DNA of 64,000 bases from Patescibacteria group bacterium (lineage in GTDB: Bacteria; Patescibacteriota; Patescibacteriia; JAHIZJ01), in contig JBAZLK010000001.1 of assembly GCA_041650335.1 (NCBI GenBank), forward strand, positions 100,940-164,939, read 5' to 3'. Positions within the stretch are counted from its first letter, which is position 1. Each line of letters starts with the position of its first letter. Below the pieces are notes generated by a model. The model had not been told where the DNA came from, made no database searches, and saw only the letters and a list, made by a program, of their open reading frames with translations. The position numbers and the translations under genes were made by a program. Below are positions 50,386 to 60,361 of the stretch, one piece after another.

Positions 50386-50718
50386 ATGAATAATAAACCG
50401 AAAAAATTACTATGGCTTGGGATCATAGTATTTATTATTTTAATCGGTTATATCGGCATTATTGTGGCGCATGGTTTTCCAGATGTTTCGTCGGGCGTTA
50501 CGTTTGCGGCAGACGAAACTCAATGGATCAGAGGATTGCAACAAGATGCCGGTATGCATTTCGATCACCCGCTACAACAACTACTTACGTATCATTTTCA
50601 GGTCACCGAAAAAACAGGCGACTGCTTTATCGTAACCGGACAGACATTTTACGGAATCCCTCTGGAACGGGCGCAGATGTGTAACGGTTCAATCCTAACT
50701 TTACCTTTAGCTGATTAA
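50386..50718 (+). CDS. Hypothetical membrane-anchored protein
   Basis: N-terminal TM; small domain with 2 Cys. Confidence 0.6.
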   Translation: MNNKPKKLLWLGIIVFIILIGYIGIIVAHGFPDVSSGVTFAADETQWIRGLQQDAGMHFDHPLQQLLTYHFQVTEKTGDCFIVTGQTFYGIPLERAQMCNGSILTLPLAD

Positions 50719-50723
50719 GTTTC

Positions 50724-52169
50724 ATGACCGGAAAAAGATATTTCTCGGTAATAGTGCTGGCCAGCTTCCTGTGCCTTACGTTTCTCGTCCACTTCCGGGT
50801 ATTGAAGGTCTACTTTTTGTCAGATGATTTTGGTTATGTTTTATTGGCCAGAGACACCTCGGTAACCAAGAGCTTTAACTTAATCACGAAGGAACAAAAA
50901 CTCGGTTCCGGTTCGGGGCTGTATCGTCCAGCGGTCGATATGGCTTTTGTTTTTGCTTACCGAGTCTTCAAGGAAAATCCGGCCGGTTACCACGCCACCA
51001 GCCTCGTTTTTCACGCTCTGATTGCTTGGCTTTTTTACCTGCTGATATCAAGAATTAGCCGCCACCAGACGCTGGGTTTCTTAGCCGGCGCGCTATTTAT
51101 CGTTTATCCAATGAATCTAGAAAGCATTGCCTGGCTGTCTAATTGGACCACGCTCATATCCAGTTTGTTTATAATGCTGGCGCTTTATTTATATTGGGAA
51201 TACCGCACGAGAAAAAAAATATATTTGTTTTTTATAGTCCTGCTGGCCATGCTGTTATCCCTGCTGGCTAAAGAGACGGCGATTATTATGCCGTTTGTTT
51301 TAATTGTGCTTGACCTGGTCAGGGTTAAATTAAATGGACAAACGGCCAAGCGGGTAATAAAAAACTGGCTCAGTTATGCGACAAGCATAGTATTAGTCGG
51401 CCTGTTTTTTGCCTGGCGATTCGTCATGCTCAAAGGCCGGGGTGGCTACCGTACCTCCGATGGCGAATCGATCTATGGCGGTTTGACGCACGAAGAATTC
51501 ACCGGGTGGCTGACCTCGCTAAAATTATTCCTGTTTAATTATCTGAATAACGTGGTTTTCCGGTACCACAAACGGCTGGCCCTGATTTATTGGGCGGTGT
51601 TTGCCGTGGTAATTACATTGGCTATTCTCTATGTCCTGAACAAAAGAAAAGGCATTGGTTATGGCTGGCCGCTGTTCGGCCTGGGCTGGATATATATTTT
51701 CGCCTTGCCGGTGATTAACCTTATTAACGGCATTCACAAGGATTTGTCCGGTTCGCGTTATTTATATCTGCCAAGCCTGGGGTTCTGTCTCATTTTAGCT
51801 GCCCTGATTTTAGGCTTTGTTAACCGGCCGGAGAAAATAATGATTTATACTAAAGGGCTGCTGATCGGCCTATTTATCGCGGGCTTCAGCTTTTTGTCTT
51901 ATAAAAATCAGGTGCCCTGGCTGGAAGCCTCGGCCCAGGTCCGCGCCGTCGGCGATAAAGTGCTGGCCAGCGTTAAAGACCCGCCTAAAAAATCCGAATT
52001 TTATTTTAAAAACCTGCCGGACAATTGGGCCGGCGCTTACTCTCTGCGCAACGGCATCGAAAACTATCTGCTGCTTTTGTACGACAAATCGCCCAGATAC
52101 CTGACTGCAAAAAGGGTAGAGGAGTTTCCAGTGCAGAAGAGCGGAAAAAGCATGTACTTTTTTGAGTAA
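50724..52169 (+). CDS. GT-C superfamily (PMT/ArnT-like) membrane glycosyltransferase
   Basis: SDDF, YRP, ESIAW, AKE, RYLYLP motifs; multi-TM. Confidence 0.8.
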   Translation: MTGKRYFSVIVLASFLCLTFLVHFRVLKVYFLSDDFGYVLLARDTSVTKSFNLITKEQKLGSGSGLYRPAVDMAFVFAYRVFKENPAGYHATSLVFHALIAWLFYLLISRISRHQTLGFLAGALFIVYPMNLESIAWLSNWTTLISSLFIMLALYLYWEYRTRKKIYLFFIVLLAMLLSLLAKETAIIMPFVLIVLDLVRVKLNGQTAKRVIKNWLSYATSIVLVGLFFAWRFVMLKGRGGYRTSDGESIYGGLTHEEFTGWLTSLKLFLFNYLNNVVFRYHKRLALIYWAVFAVVITLAILYVLNKRKGIGYGWPLFGLGWIYIFALPVINLINGIHKDLSGSRYLYLPSLGFCLILAALILGFVNRPEKIMIYTKGLLIGLFIAGFSFLSYKNQVPWLEASAQVRAVGDKVLASVKDPPKKSEFYFKNLPDNWAGAYSLRNGIENYLLLLYDKSPRYLTAKRVEEFPVQKSGKSMYFFE

Positions 52170-52304
52170 GGTCGCGCTTCTTCCGCGTCCAGTCCAGGCA
52201 TGAAAATATTTTTCAAACGCCGCAAACGGTCCCAGTGGCCGGGTTTACCTAAGTAAAAAAATCGGTTACAATGTAAGGGTGTTTTTTAATTCTAGGCCAA
52301 ACAA

Positions 52305-53456
52305 ATGCGCATCGGTATTGTCACACAAGCGTATTTTCCGATCCATGGCGGCGTAACAGAAAACGCGCACCATACCGCGCTTGAGCTGGAAAAACTCGGC
52401 CATGACGTGACGATTATTACGGCGAATGTTAACCGGGACGATCGGAAATTTGACCACCGGCGGCTGCGACGGGTGGGTTTTGACGTGACGATACCGGCGA
52501 ACGGCGCGTTCGGCAATATCACGGTGGGTTTTAAGCTGCCGCGGGAGCTCCGGGCGATTGAACGCGAGAAAAAGTTTGATCTCGTCCAGATCCACTCGCC
52601 GATGGACCCAGTTCTGCCGCTCGTCGCCCTGAAGGTGTTCTCGGCGCCGAAGGTCGGCACCTTCCATACCTATATGGATTCATCGGTCGGTTTGACGTTG
52701 TTCCGAAAGCCGCTGCAATGGTATTTTGACCGCTTGTCCGGCCGGATCGCCGTCTCGACAGCGGCTGAGAAATTCGCGCAGAAATATTTCCCCGCCGACT
52801 ACCGAGTCATTCCAAACGGCGTGGATATCGACCGCTTCAATCCTTCGGTGAAGCCATTGGAAAAATACCAGGATGGATACACGAACATTCTTTTCGTCGG
52901 CCGGCTGGAGCCGCGCAAAGGGTTGAAATTTCTCATCCAAGCCATGCCGATCGTCCTGGCGGCCATACCGAAGGCGCGTTTAATCGTGGTCGGCGGCGGC
53001 GTCCTTCGGGAATATTATCGCCGTTTTGTCATGGATGAGATAGCCGATCGCGTCATCTTTACCGGTTTTGTCCCGGCCGAGGATCTGCCGCGCTATTACC
53101 GGACCGCCGATCTGTGCGTCTCACCGGCCACGCAAGGGGAAAGCTTTGGGATTGTCTTGATCGAAGCCATGTCCGCCGGCAAGCCGATCGTAGCCTCGGA
53201 CATCGAAGGGTACAATACCGTGATCAATGACGGCCACGAGGGCTTTCTCGTGCCGAAGGAACACCCGTTGAAACTGGCCGAGAAGATTATCGAACTGATC
53301 CAGAACAAACCGTTGCGGCTGGCCATGGGCCAGCGGGGGAGAGAAAAGGCGCTTGGTTATTCGTGGCCAAAGGTCACCAGCCAGATTATTCGATATTTTG
53401 AAGAAATACTCGGCCAGAAAGGCAAACCATCACGAAAAATGGCTAGCCGTCGGTAA
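52305..53456 (+). CDS. GT4 glycosyltransferase (PimA-like)
   Basis: GGV N-terminal, FVGRLEPRKG, ESFGIVLIEAM. Confidence 0.9.
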   Translation: MRIGIVTQAYFPIHGGVTENAHHTALELEKLGHDVTIITANVNRDDRKFDHRRLRRVGFDVTIPANGAFGNITVGFKLPRELRAIEREKKFDLVQIHSPMDPVLPLVALKVFSAPKVGTFHTYMDSSVGLTLFRKPLQWYFDRLSGRIAVSTAAEKFAQKYFPADYRVIPNGVDIDRFNPSVKPLEKYQDGYTNILFVGRLEPRKGLKFLIQAMPIVLAAIPKARLIVVGGGVLREYYRRFVMDEIADRVIFTGFVPAEDLPRYYRTADLCVSPATQGESFGIVLIEAMSAGKPIVASDIEGYNTVINDGHEGFLVPKEHPLKLAEKIIELIQNKPLRLAMGQRGREKALGYSWPKVTSQIIRYFEEILGQKGKPSRKMASRR

Positions 53457-53491
53457 AAGAGGCGATATATCAATAATTCTTGACCGGGGGC

Positions 53492-53520
53492 TTGACACCC
53501 CTTTTTTGTTGGGGTATTCT
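53492..53520 (+). promoter_or_regulatory. sigma70 promoter of heat-shock operon
   Basis: TTGACA-17-TATTCT. Confidence 0.75.
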
Positions 53521-53524
53521 AGAT

Positions 53525-53551
53525 TTAGCACTCGATGAAATAGAGTGCTAA
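53525..53551 (+). promoter_or_regulatory. CIRCE operator (HrcA site)
   Basis: Perfect TTAGCACTC-N9-GAGTGCTAA. Confidence 0.97.
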
Positions 53552-53561
53552 TTGCAAAACT

Positions 53562-54260
53562 ATGACAGAACGGACCCAAAGGCTCTTACGGGCAATTATT
53601 ACCGAATATATTCAAAATCCCCATCCGATCGGCTCTCATGTTATTGTTGAAAAATATCTGAAGGACGTCAGCTCGGCCACGATCCGGAATGATATGGCGC
53701 GGCTGGAGGAACAGGGTTTTATCGAACAGCCCCACACCTCGGCCGGCCGCGTGCCGACGATCAAGGCATATGAATACTATGTGGCGAATTTCCTGTCTCA
53801 GCCGGAACTCGACAAAGCGGAACAGCAAAAATTGCGCCGGGTGTTGGCCCAGCATCACGGGGAAGCGGCCCAACTCATCCGCGAACTGGCCAAGGCGGTT
53901 GCAGACGTCAGCTTGTCGGCGGTCTTCGTCGGATTTTCGCCCCGGGACGCGTATTACACCGGCTTATCCAATCTGTTTCGTCAGCCGGAGTTTTCCGAGA
54001 TTGATCTGGTCCAGAATTTTTCCGAAATCGTCGACCACCTCGACGAGGTAATGGAAGACTTATTCCCCCGGGTGACTGACCGAGTTGAGATCCTGCTCGG
54101 CAAACACAATCCGTTTGGAACCACCTGCGGCGCGCTCGTGACAAAATACACACTCGGTAAGAATCAAAACGGCATGTTTGGCATTCTCGGACCGATCCGG
54201 ATGCCCTATGACCGCCATCGTGCCCTGCTTGAATACACTTGTAGCTTACTTCATAAATAG
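53562..54260 (+). CDS. hrcA: Heat-inducible repressor HrcA (short form)
   Basis: SSATIRN, QPHTSAGRVPT, GPIRMPY; CIRCE upstream. Confidence 0.94.
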   Translation: MTERTQRLLRAIITEYIQNPHPIGSHVIVEKYLKDVSSATIRNDMARLEEQGFIEQPHTSAGRVPTIKAYEYYVANFLSQPELDKAEQQKLRRVLAQHHGEAAQLIRELAKAVADVSLSAVFVGFSPRDAYYTGLSNLFRQPEFSEIDLVQNFSEIVDHLDEVMEDLFPRVTDRVEILLGKHNPFGTTCGALVTKYTLGKNQNGMFGILGPIRMPYDRHRALLEYTCSLLHK

Positions 54261-54268
54261 CATCATTC

Positions 54269-54796
54269 ATGACAGATCAGAAAAGCCAACCGTCACCGTC
54301 CGATAATCGGCCCAACGAGACAGCCCAAACCGAGGCTGATCGCTTGCGGCAGCAGGCGGAGGAATATTTGAACGGTTGGAAACGGGCCAAGGCCGACTAC
54401 GCCAATTTGCAGAAAGAAACGGAACGCCGGCAAAGCGAGTTTATCCAATTTGCCAATGCCGCATTAATTCACGAACTCTTACCGCTGATCGATCATTTCA
54501 AGCAAGCATTTATGCATCTGCCGGCGGAACTCAATGATTCCGAGTGGGTGAAAGGAATCCGGCACATTCAGACGCACTTAAATAAAATATTGGCTGAACA
54601 CGGCATCCAGGAAATACGCACCGTCGGCGAGAAATTTGACCCGACGCGGCACGAGGCAATCGAGGAAGTTGACAGCGATCAGCCGGCCGGAACAATTATT
54701 GAAGAGCTGAAAACCGGCTTCCTGCTGCACGAGCGTGTACTTCAGGCCGCCCGGGTGAAGATAGCAAAGTCTCATAAAGAAAAACATAATAATTAA
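54269..54796 (+). CDS. grpE: Nucleotide exchange factor GrpE
   Basis: RAKADYAN, FDPTRHEA, GF...ARV. Confidence 0.96.
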   Translation: MTDQKSQPSPSDNRPNETAQTEADRLRQQAEEYLNGWKRAKADYANLQKETERRQSEFIQFANAALIHELLPLIDHFKQAFMHLPAELNDSEWVKGIRHIQTHLNKILAEHGIQEIRTVGEKFDPTRHEAIEEVDSDQPAGTIIEELKTGFLLHERVLQAARVKIAKSHKEKHNN

Positions 54797-54814
54797 CCCA
54801 AGGAGAAAACACCT

Positions 54815-55246
54815 ATGGCAATGATTCGATGGCGTCCGCTGCTCGAGCCAGGCGATGATATGGAGCGCTGGCTGGAGGAATTCACGCCGTTCCACCGCGG
54901 TGCTTTCGTCCCGGCGATCGACGTCTATCAGACAAAAGACGCCGTCGTGGTCGAAACCACCCTCGCGGGCGTCCGACCCGAAGACGTCAATATCTCGATT
55001 GAAAACGACATCATGACGATCGAGGGCAGTATGGAAAAAAAGAGCGAAGTTGAAGACAAGGAATATTACCGCAAGGAAATCCGGTCCGGTTCATTCCACC
55101 GCTCGGTCGCCCTGCCGGCGGCGGTGAAAGGCGATAAGGCGCAGGCGGTCTATGACAACGGCGTCCTCAAGATCACCGTTCCGAAAGAAGAGCGCGTCAA
55201 GCCGAAAACGGTCAAGGTCCAGGTAAAATCAAGCCCAAAGAAATAG
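54815..55246 (+). CDS. Hsp20/alpha-crystallin small heat shock protein
   Basis: PAIDVY, GSFHRSVALP, YDNGVLKITVPK. Confidence 0.95.
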   Translation: MAMIRWRPLLEPGDDMERWLEEFTPFHRGAFVPAIDVYQTKDAVVVETTLAGVRPEDVNISIENDIMTIEGSMEKKSEVEDKEYYRKEIRSGSFHRSVALPAAVKGDKAQAVYDNGVLKITVPKEERVKPKTVKVQVKSSPKK

Positions 55247-55320
55247 TCGTTCAATAGCCCTTCCCGTTTCATGTTCTATGAAAGGGAGGGGCGACCGGAT
55301 GATTATTAACAGCCAAGACA

Positions 55321-55509
55321 ATGAAAAAATCAACAGGCAGCTGGAAAAAAGAGCGGACCACCGGCCGCAAATACAGCCATTCGGACGCCCACCGAGAGCC
55401 GCGGGCCCGCACCCGGAGCAAAATCTGGGTATCTGGCTACAGCGTCAAAGGCGGCCAGATTGACGGCTATTTCCGGGCCAATCCCAATTTTAAAAAATCT
55501 GCAAAATAA
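55321..55509 (+). CDS. Small basic hypothetical protein
   Basis: 62 aa, Lys/Arg-rich, WVSGY...DGYFRANP; fills the hsp20-dnaK gap. Confidence 0.55.
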   Translation: MKKSTGSWKKERTTGRKYSHSDAHREPRARTRSKIWVSGYSVKGGQIDGYFRANPNFKKSAK

Positions 55510-55539
55510 CAGCTAACGAGCATTAAGGAGAATTAAGCA

Positions 55540-57450
55540 ATGTCAAAGATTTTAGGTATCGATTTAGGCACGACTAATTCCGCCATGGCGATCGTCGAGG
55601 GCGGCAAGCCGAAAATCCTCGAAAACCGCGAAGGCGCGCGCACCACGCCGTCCGTCGTGGCTATTTCGAAGAGCGGCGAACGGCTGGTCGGCATGACCGC
55701 GAAACGGCAGGCTGTGACCAACGCAGCAAACACCATTTTTTCAATCAAACGGCTGATCGGCCGGCGGTTTGAAGACGCCGAAGTCCAGCGCGACTTGAAA
55801 ACCCTGCCCTACAAAATAAAGCAATCTGGCCAGGGCGTGGTCGTCGAAATGAGCGGGAAGGAATACTCGCCGCAGGAAATCTCGGCTATGATTTTACAAA
55901 AGCTCAAAGCCGATGCCGAGGAAAAGCTCGGCGAAACGATCACGGACGCGGTCATCACCGTGCCGGCGTATTTCGACGATGCCCAGCGCCAGGCCACGAA
56001 GGACGCGGGCAAGATCGCTGGATTAAACGTGAAGCGGATTATCAATGAACCGACGGCCGCGGCCTTGGCTTACGGTTTTGACAAGAAAAAGAACGAACAA
56101 ATCGCCGTGTACGATCTGGGCGGCGGCACGTTTGATATCTCGATTCTCGACGTCACCGGCGACACGGTCCAGGTGCTGGCCACGAACGGCGACACCCATC
56201 TCGGTGGCGACGATTTCGACAAACTCATTATCGATTGGATTATCGCCCAATATAAGCGGGAAGAGGGCATTGACCTGTCTAAAGACCAACTGGCCCTCCA
56301 GCGCTTGAAAGAAGCGGCTGAGAAAGCGAAACACGAGCTTTCAACCGCCACTGAAACGGAAATCAACCAGCCGTTTATCACCCAGGACTCTTCGGGACCG
56401 AAGCACCTGGTCATGAAAATGACCCGGGCCAAGCTGGAAGAGCTGGTCGGCGAGCTGGTGGAAAAAACGCTTGAGCCGGTGAAGAAAGCCCTCGAGGACG
56501 CGAAACTAAAAACCTCCGAGATCGAAGAAGTTGTCATGGTCGGCGGGATGACCCGCATGCCGCTCGTGGTCCAGACCGTGGAAAAATTCTTTGGCAAGAA
56601 ACCGCATATGGGTGTGAATCCGGACGAGGTGGTCGCCGTCGGCGCGGCGGTCCAGGCCGGCGTGCTCCAGGGCGACGTGAAAGACGTGCTCCTGCTCGAC
56701 GTCACGCCGCTGACCTTCGGCATTGAGACATTGGGCGGTGTACGCACGCCCTTGATCGAGCGCAACACCACCATCCCGACGGCGAAAACGCAGGTCTTCT
56801 CGACCGCGGCTGACAATCAGCCGAGCGTGGAAATCCACGTACTCCAGGGCGAGCGCGAAATGGCCAGTGACAACAAGACCCTTGGCCGGTTCATTCTCGA
56901 CGGCATCCCGCCGGCGCCCCGGGGCGTCCCGCAGGTCGAAGTTACCTTTGACATCGACGCGAACGGCATCCTGAACGTCACGGCCAAGGACAAGGCCACG
57001 AACAAATCGCAGAAGATAACGATCACCGCCTCGACGGGATTAAGCAAGGAAGAGGTCGAGAAAATGCAAAAAGACGCCGAAGCCCACGCGGCTGATGATA
57101 AGAAAAAGCGCGAACTGATCGACGCTCGCAACATGGCCGACACCCTCATTTACACAACCGAAAAGGCCTTGCGCGACGCCAAGGACAAGGTGAAAGACGA
57201 AGACAAGAAAGACATTGAAACCAAGCTTGAGGCGTTGAAGAAAGTGAAAGACCACGACAGCCTCGAGGATATCAAGAAAGCCACGGACGAATTGAGCCAG
57301 GCGATTCAGAAGATCGGTTCAGCCCTCTATGGCGACAAGCCTGGCACTCAAAAACCAGGCGAAGATGAAAAGTCCGCCAAAGGCGGATCCGCTTCTGGCG
57401 GAAAAAAGAACGAGGGGCCGGTTGAGGGGGAAGTGGAGGATAAGAAGTAA
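55540..57450 (+). CDS. dnaK: Chaperone DnaK
   Basis: [23 protein letters not shown]. Confidence 0.99.
   Translation: MSKILGIDLGTTNSAMAIVEGGKPKILENREGARTTPSVVAISKSGERLVGMTAKRQAVTNAANTIFSIKRLIGRRFEDAEVQRDLKTLPYKIKQSGQGVVVEMSGKEYSPQEISAMILQKLKADAEEKLGETITDAVITVPAYFDDAQRQATKDAGKIAGLNVKRIINEPTAAALAYGFDKKKNEQIAVYDLGGGTFDISILDVTGDTVQVLATNGDTHLGGDDFDKLIIDWIIAQYKREEGIDLSKDQLALQRLKEAAEKAKHELSTATETEINQPFITQDSSGPKHLVMKMTRAKLEELVGELVEKTLEPVKKALEDAKLKTSEIEEVVMVGGMTRMPLVVQTVEKFFGKKPHMGVNPDEVVAVGAAVQAGVLQGDVKDVLLLDVTPLTFGIETLGGVRTPLIERNTTIPTAKTQVFSTAADNQPSVEIHVLQGEREMASDNKTLGRFILDGIPPAPRGVPQVEVTFDIDANGILNVTAKDKATNKSQKITITASTGLSKEEVEKMQKDAEAHAADDKKKRELIDARNMADTLIYTTEKALRDAKDKVKDEDKKDIETKLEALKKVKDHDSLEDIKKATDELSQAIQKIGSALYGDKPGTQKPGEDEKSAKGGSASGGKKNEGPVEGEVEDKK
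57373..57402. repeat. Tandem 15-bp palindromes in-frame in dnaK
   Basis: TCCGCC-AAA-GGCGGA + TCCGCT-TCT-GGCGGA encoding [10 protein letters not shown]. Confidence 0.75.
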
Positions 57451-57467
57451 GTTGACATAAACCCAAC

Positions 57468-57563
57468 GTAGGCGACCCTTACTTGTCCGCCTCTGGTGGA
57501 AGGGCCGCCTACATGCAGGCGGACAAACCTTGTCCCGTCGAAGGACGGGAGTTGCCCGCCTAC
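57468..57563. repeat. Nested GTAG-type REP-like palindromes
   Basis: GTAGGCGACCCTT/AAGGGCCGCCTAC and GCAGGCGGACAA/TTGCCCGCCTAC, each with an internal palindrome. Confidence 0.65.
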
Positions 57564-57580
57564 GAGAGTGATTATTACCT

Positions 57581-57657
57581 TGTCACCCTGAACTTGTTTC
57601 AGGGTCTCCACAACAATGCGCGGGTTTATGAGATGCCGAAACAAGTTCGGCATGACA
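57581..57657. repeat. Bipartite palindromic repeat (RPE/REPIN-like)
   Basis: TGTCACCCTGAACTTGTTTCAGGGTCT...AGATGCCGAAACAAGTTCGGCATGACA. Confidence 0.75.
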
Positions 57658-57711
57658 GTTCGGGAATGAAAACCGACAAAAAACCGTGTTGGAATCATTA
57701 ACAACAATACT

Positions 57712-58026
57712 ATGCCCAATCAACCCCAACCCAACCAACAATCAAACTCCCGCCAGATCCAGATCAAGGTCACGGATGACGTGATGCGCGGAGTGTACGC
57801 GAACGCAATGTCCGTGGTACACTCAAAGGAGGAATTCACGCTCGACTTCATGAACATCTACCCGCACCAGGGCGCTGGCATCGTGACCGGCCGGATTATC
57901 ATTTCCCCGGGGCACATGAAGCGCATCCAGGCCGCGCTCCAGGACAATCTCAAGAAATACGAGAACCAATTCGGCAAGATCGAGGAAGCCCAGGCGCCGG
58001 AACCGATGGGTTTTAAGACTGCCTAA
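57712..58026 (+). CDS. DUF3467 family protein
   Basis: GVYAN...EEFTLDF...RIIISPGHMKR...YENQFG. Confidence 0.85.
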   Translation: MPNQPQPNQQSNSRQIQIKVTDDVMRGVYANAMSVVHSKEEFTLDFMNIYPHQGAGIVTGRIIISPGHMKRIQAALQDNLKKYENQFGKIEEAQAPEPMGFKTA

Positions 58027-58052
58027 GCAGGCAAATAACAAAAAGTACATCC

Positions 58053-59201
58053 ATGCGCACCCAAGAGATCGCGAAGTTGTCCGGTTTGAGCGCGGCGTCA
58101 TTTATCGCGGCGCTGATCGCCGGATTTTTGCTCGATAGCGTTTTTTCGAAACTCAACCTGACGCTGGCCGTGCCGTCAATCACCATTATCGTAAATTTTT
58201 TGTTGGCGCTGTTGTTTTACTTCTGGGCGATCGCGCTGTTCGGCATATTAGCGGCGCTGGAAAATCAGAAATCCTTTTTGCTCGGCCTTTCGATCGGCCT
58301 GCCGCTGACCATTTTTATCGCGCTAGGCGTGAATCTATACACGGCCATCGGCGCGGGCCTGTTGTTTATCGGTCTGATCCAATACGGTTTGAAAGTGCGG
58401 CAAGAGCGTCAGGACCGGCTGAAGGTCGGGATCAATAAATTTATTCGGCACGGCCTCGGTCCTTGTATCAGCACACTTCTGCTGGCCATTTCCCTGTGCT
58501 TTTATGGCGCAATCGCTACCCAGGGATCTGAGCAGCTCGATCCGGTGGTTGTCACCTCGCGCATGGCGGCGAACGGACTGAATCAATATTTGACGATGAA
58601 GCTAAAAGGGTATGATCCGGACATGTCCGTCGACGAGTTCGTTTTTCTCATTGTTACCCAAGATATCCAGCCGGCCAAGGAAGTAAACGCCCAAACAGTC
58701 CCGGGTTTGCCGGCCGCTGACAAGGGCGATACGTTTTTCGGGATCGACATCAACGAGCTGACCAAAGACCTGCAAAACATACCGATCGATGAAATAAAGC
58801 AAAAACTGCCGCCTGACTATCTTGAGCGGATCCAGCAGGACCCGGCCTATGTCCAACAGATCTTTCAGACGTTCCAGAGCGATGTGATCGGCCAGCAAAT
58901 TGCCATTTCCCGGGATAATTTACTGAAGACGCTCCATGTCCAGGCCGAGGGAACGGATCCGATCGGCACGGTTTTGGAAAAGGTGATCGCGGTCCAGTTA
59001 AATGATTTGTTCCGGCCGTTCAAATACCTGCTCCCGCCGATTCTGGCCCTGACCCTGTATTTCGCCTTGCAGATATTTGGCTTCATCTACAGCTGGATTG
59101 TCCACCTCTTCGCCCTGGCGGCGTATTATATCCTAAAATGGCTGAACTTCTTCCAGATCAAACGGGAAAAGAAAGACGCGGAAGTGATCAGTATAAGCTA
59201 G
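58053..59201 (+). CDS. Hypothetical multi-pass membrane protein
   Basis: ~6 TM segments plus a large soluble loop. Confidence 0.75.
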   Translation: MRTQEIAKLSGLSAASFIAALIAGFLLDSVFSKLNLTLAVPSITIIVNFLLALLFYFWAIALFGILAALENQKSFLLGLSIGLPLTIFIALGVNLYTAIGAGLLFIGLIQYGLKVRQERQDRLKVGINKFIRHGLGPCISTLLLAISLCFYGAIATQGSEQLDPVVVTSRMAANGLNQYLTMKLKGYDPDMSVDEFVFLIVTQDIQPAKEVNAQTVPGLPAADKGDTFFGIDINELTKDLQNIPIDEIKQKLPPDYLERIQQDPAYVQQIFQTFQSDVIGQQIAISRDNLLKTLHVQAEGTDPIGTVLEKVIAVQLNDLFRPFKYLLPPILALTLYFALQIFGFIYSWIVHLFALAAYYILKWLNFFQIKREKKDAEVISIS

Positions 59202-59204
59202 CTT

Positions 59205-60299
59205 ATGTCAAAAGATTACTATGAAATATTAGGCGTGGCGCGCGACGCTTCAGCGGCTGAAATAAAGGCCGCCTACCACAAACTCGCCCACCAACACCAT
59301 CCGGACAAAGCCGGCGGGGATGAAGCGAAATTCAAGGAAATCAACGAGGCGTACCAAGTACTCTCAAATTCCGAGAAGCGCCAGCGCTACGATCAATTCG
59401 GCCAGTCGTTCGACGGGTCGCAAGGTTTTAATTGGCAGGATTTCGCCCAGGGCGCGAACGGTTCCGGTGGGTATCGGACCAATGTCAATTTTGAGGATTT
59501 GGGTTTTGGCGACCTCGGCGACATTTTTGGGAGCTTTTTCGGCGGCGGCGGATCGCGCCGGACGCGGACGAAGCGCGGCAACGACCTTGAGGTCAGCGTG
59601 ACGCTGGATTTTAAGGAAGCTGTTTTTGGCACGACACAGACATTGCGGCTTTATAAAACCGTGATCTGCGATCATTGTTCGGGCAACGGCGCTGAACCGG
59701 GCACGAAGATCGAAACCTGCCCGACCTGCCATGGCGCCGGACAGGTCCAGCAAATACAGTCGACCGTGTTCGGACAATTCCGCACAGCGACGGTCTGCCC
59801 GGATTGCCGGGGCGAGGGCAAGCGCGCCAGCCAGAAATGCAAGAAATGTCACGGCAGCGGAACCATGAAAGACCATGAATCGCTCGAGGTAAAGATACCG
59901 GCTGGAATCGCCGACGGTCAGTCAATCCGCTTGTCCGGCCGGGGCGAAGCCGGCGCCCACGGTGGCGGGCTCGGTGATCTCTACATCCGGGTACGAGTCA
60001 GGGAGGATAAAGATTTTTCCCGCCAGGGCGATGACATACTCTCGACGCTCGAGATACCCTACACGATCGCTGCGCTAGGCGGCAAGGTCGACTTGCCGAC
60101 CGTTGATGGCGAGGTCAGATTAACCATACCGGCTGGCACGCCGTCGGGTAAAGTGTTTCGCGTGCGCGATCACGGGGTTCATCGACTCCACGGCCGCGGC
60201 CGAGGCGATCACCTCGTCACGGTCCACGTCCGGGTGCCAAAACACCTCTCCTCGCGGGCGAAGCAAATTCTCGAAGACCTGTCAGCGGAAGGGGAATAA
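59205..60299 (+). CDS. dnaJ: Chaperone DnaJ
   Basis: HPD J-domain, G/F region, four CxxCxGxG. Confidence 0.98.
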   Translation: MSKDYYEILGVARDASAAEIKAAYHKLAHQHHPDKAGGDEAKFKEINEAYQVLSNSEKRQRYDQFGQSFDGSQGFNWQDFAQGANGSGGYRTNVNFEDLGFGDLGDIFGSFFGGGGSRRTRTKRGNDLEVSVTLDFKEAVFGTTQTLRLYKTVICDHCSGNGAEPGTKIETCPTCHGAGQVQQIQSTVFGQFRTATVCPDCRGEGKRASQKCKKCHGSGTMKDHESLEVKIPAGIADGQSIRLSGRGEAGAHGGGLGDLYIRVRVREDKDFSRQGDDILSTLEIPYTIAALGGKVDLPTVDGEVRLTIPAGTPSGKVFRVRDHGVHRLHGRGRGDHLVTVHVRVPKHLSSRAKQILEDLSAEGE

Positions 60300-60361
60300 G
60301 GATTGTTGGCTTGGGTCGGCGGTGGTATACTGACGACAAGCAGACAATTCAATAACAAACA

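Noticed and set aside
52200-52256. 18-codon ORF MKIFFKRRKRSQWPGLPK
   Set aside because: Too short to support and overlaps the likely promoter of the GT4 gene
57348-57719. ORFs 57483-57701 (+) and 57348-57719 (-)
   Set aside because: Translations of palindromic repeats
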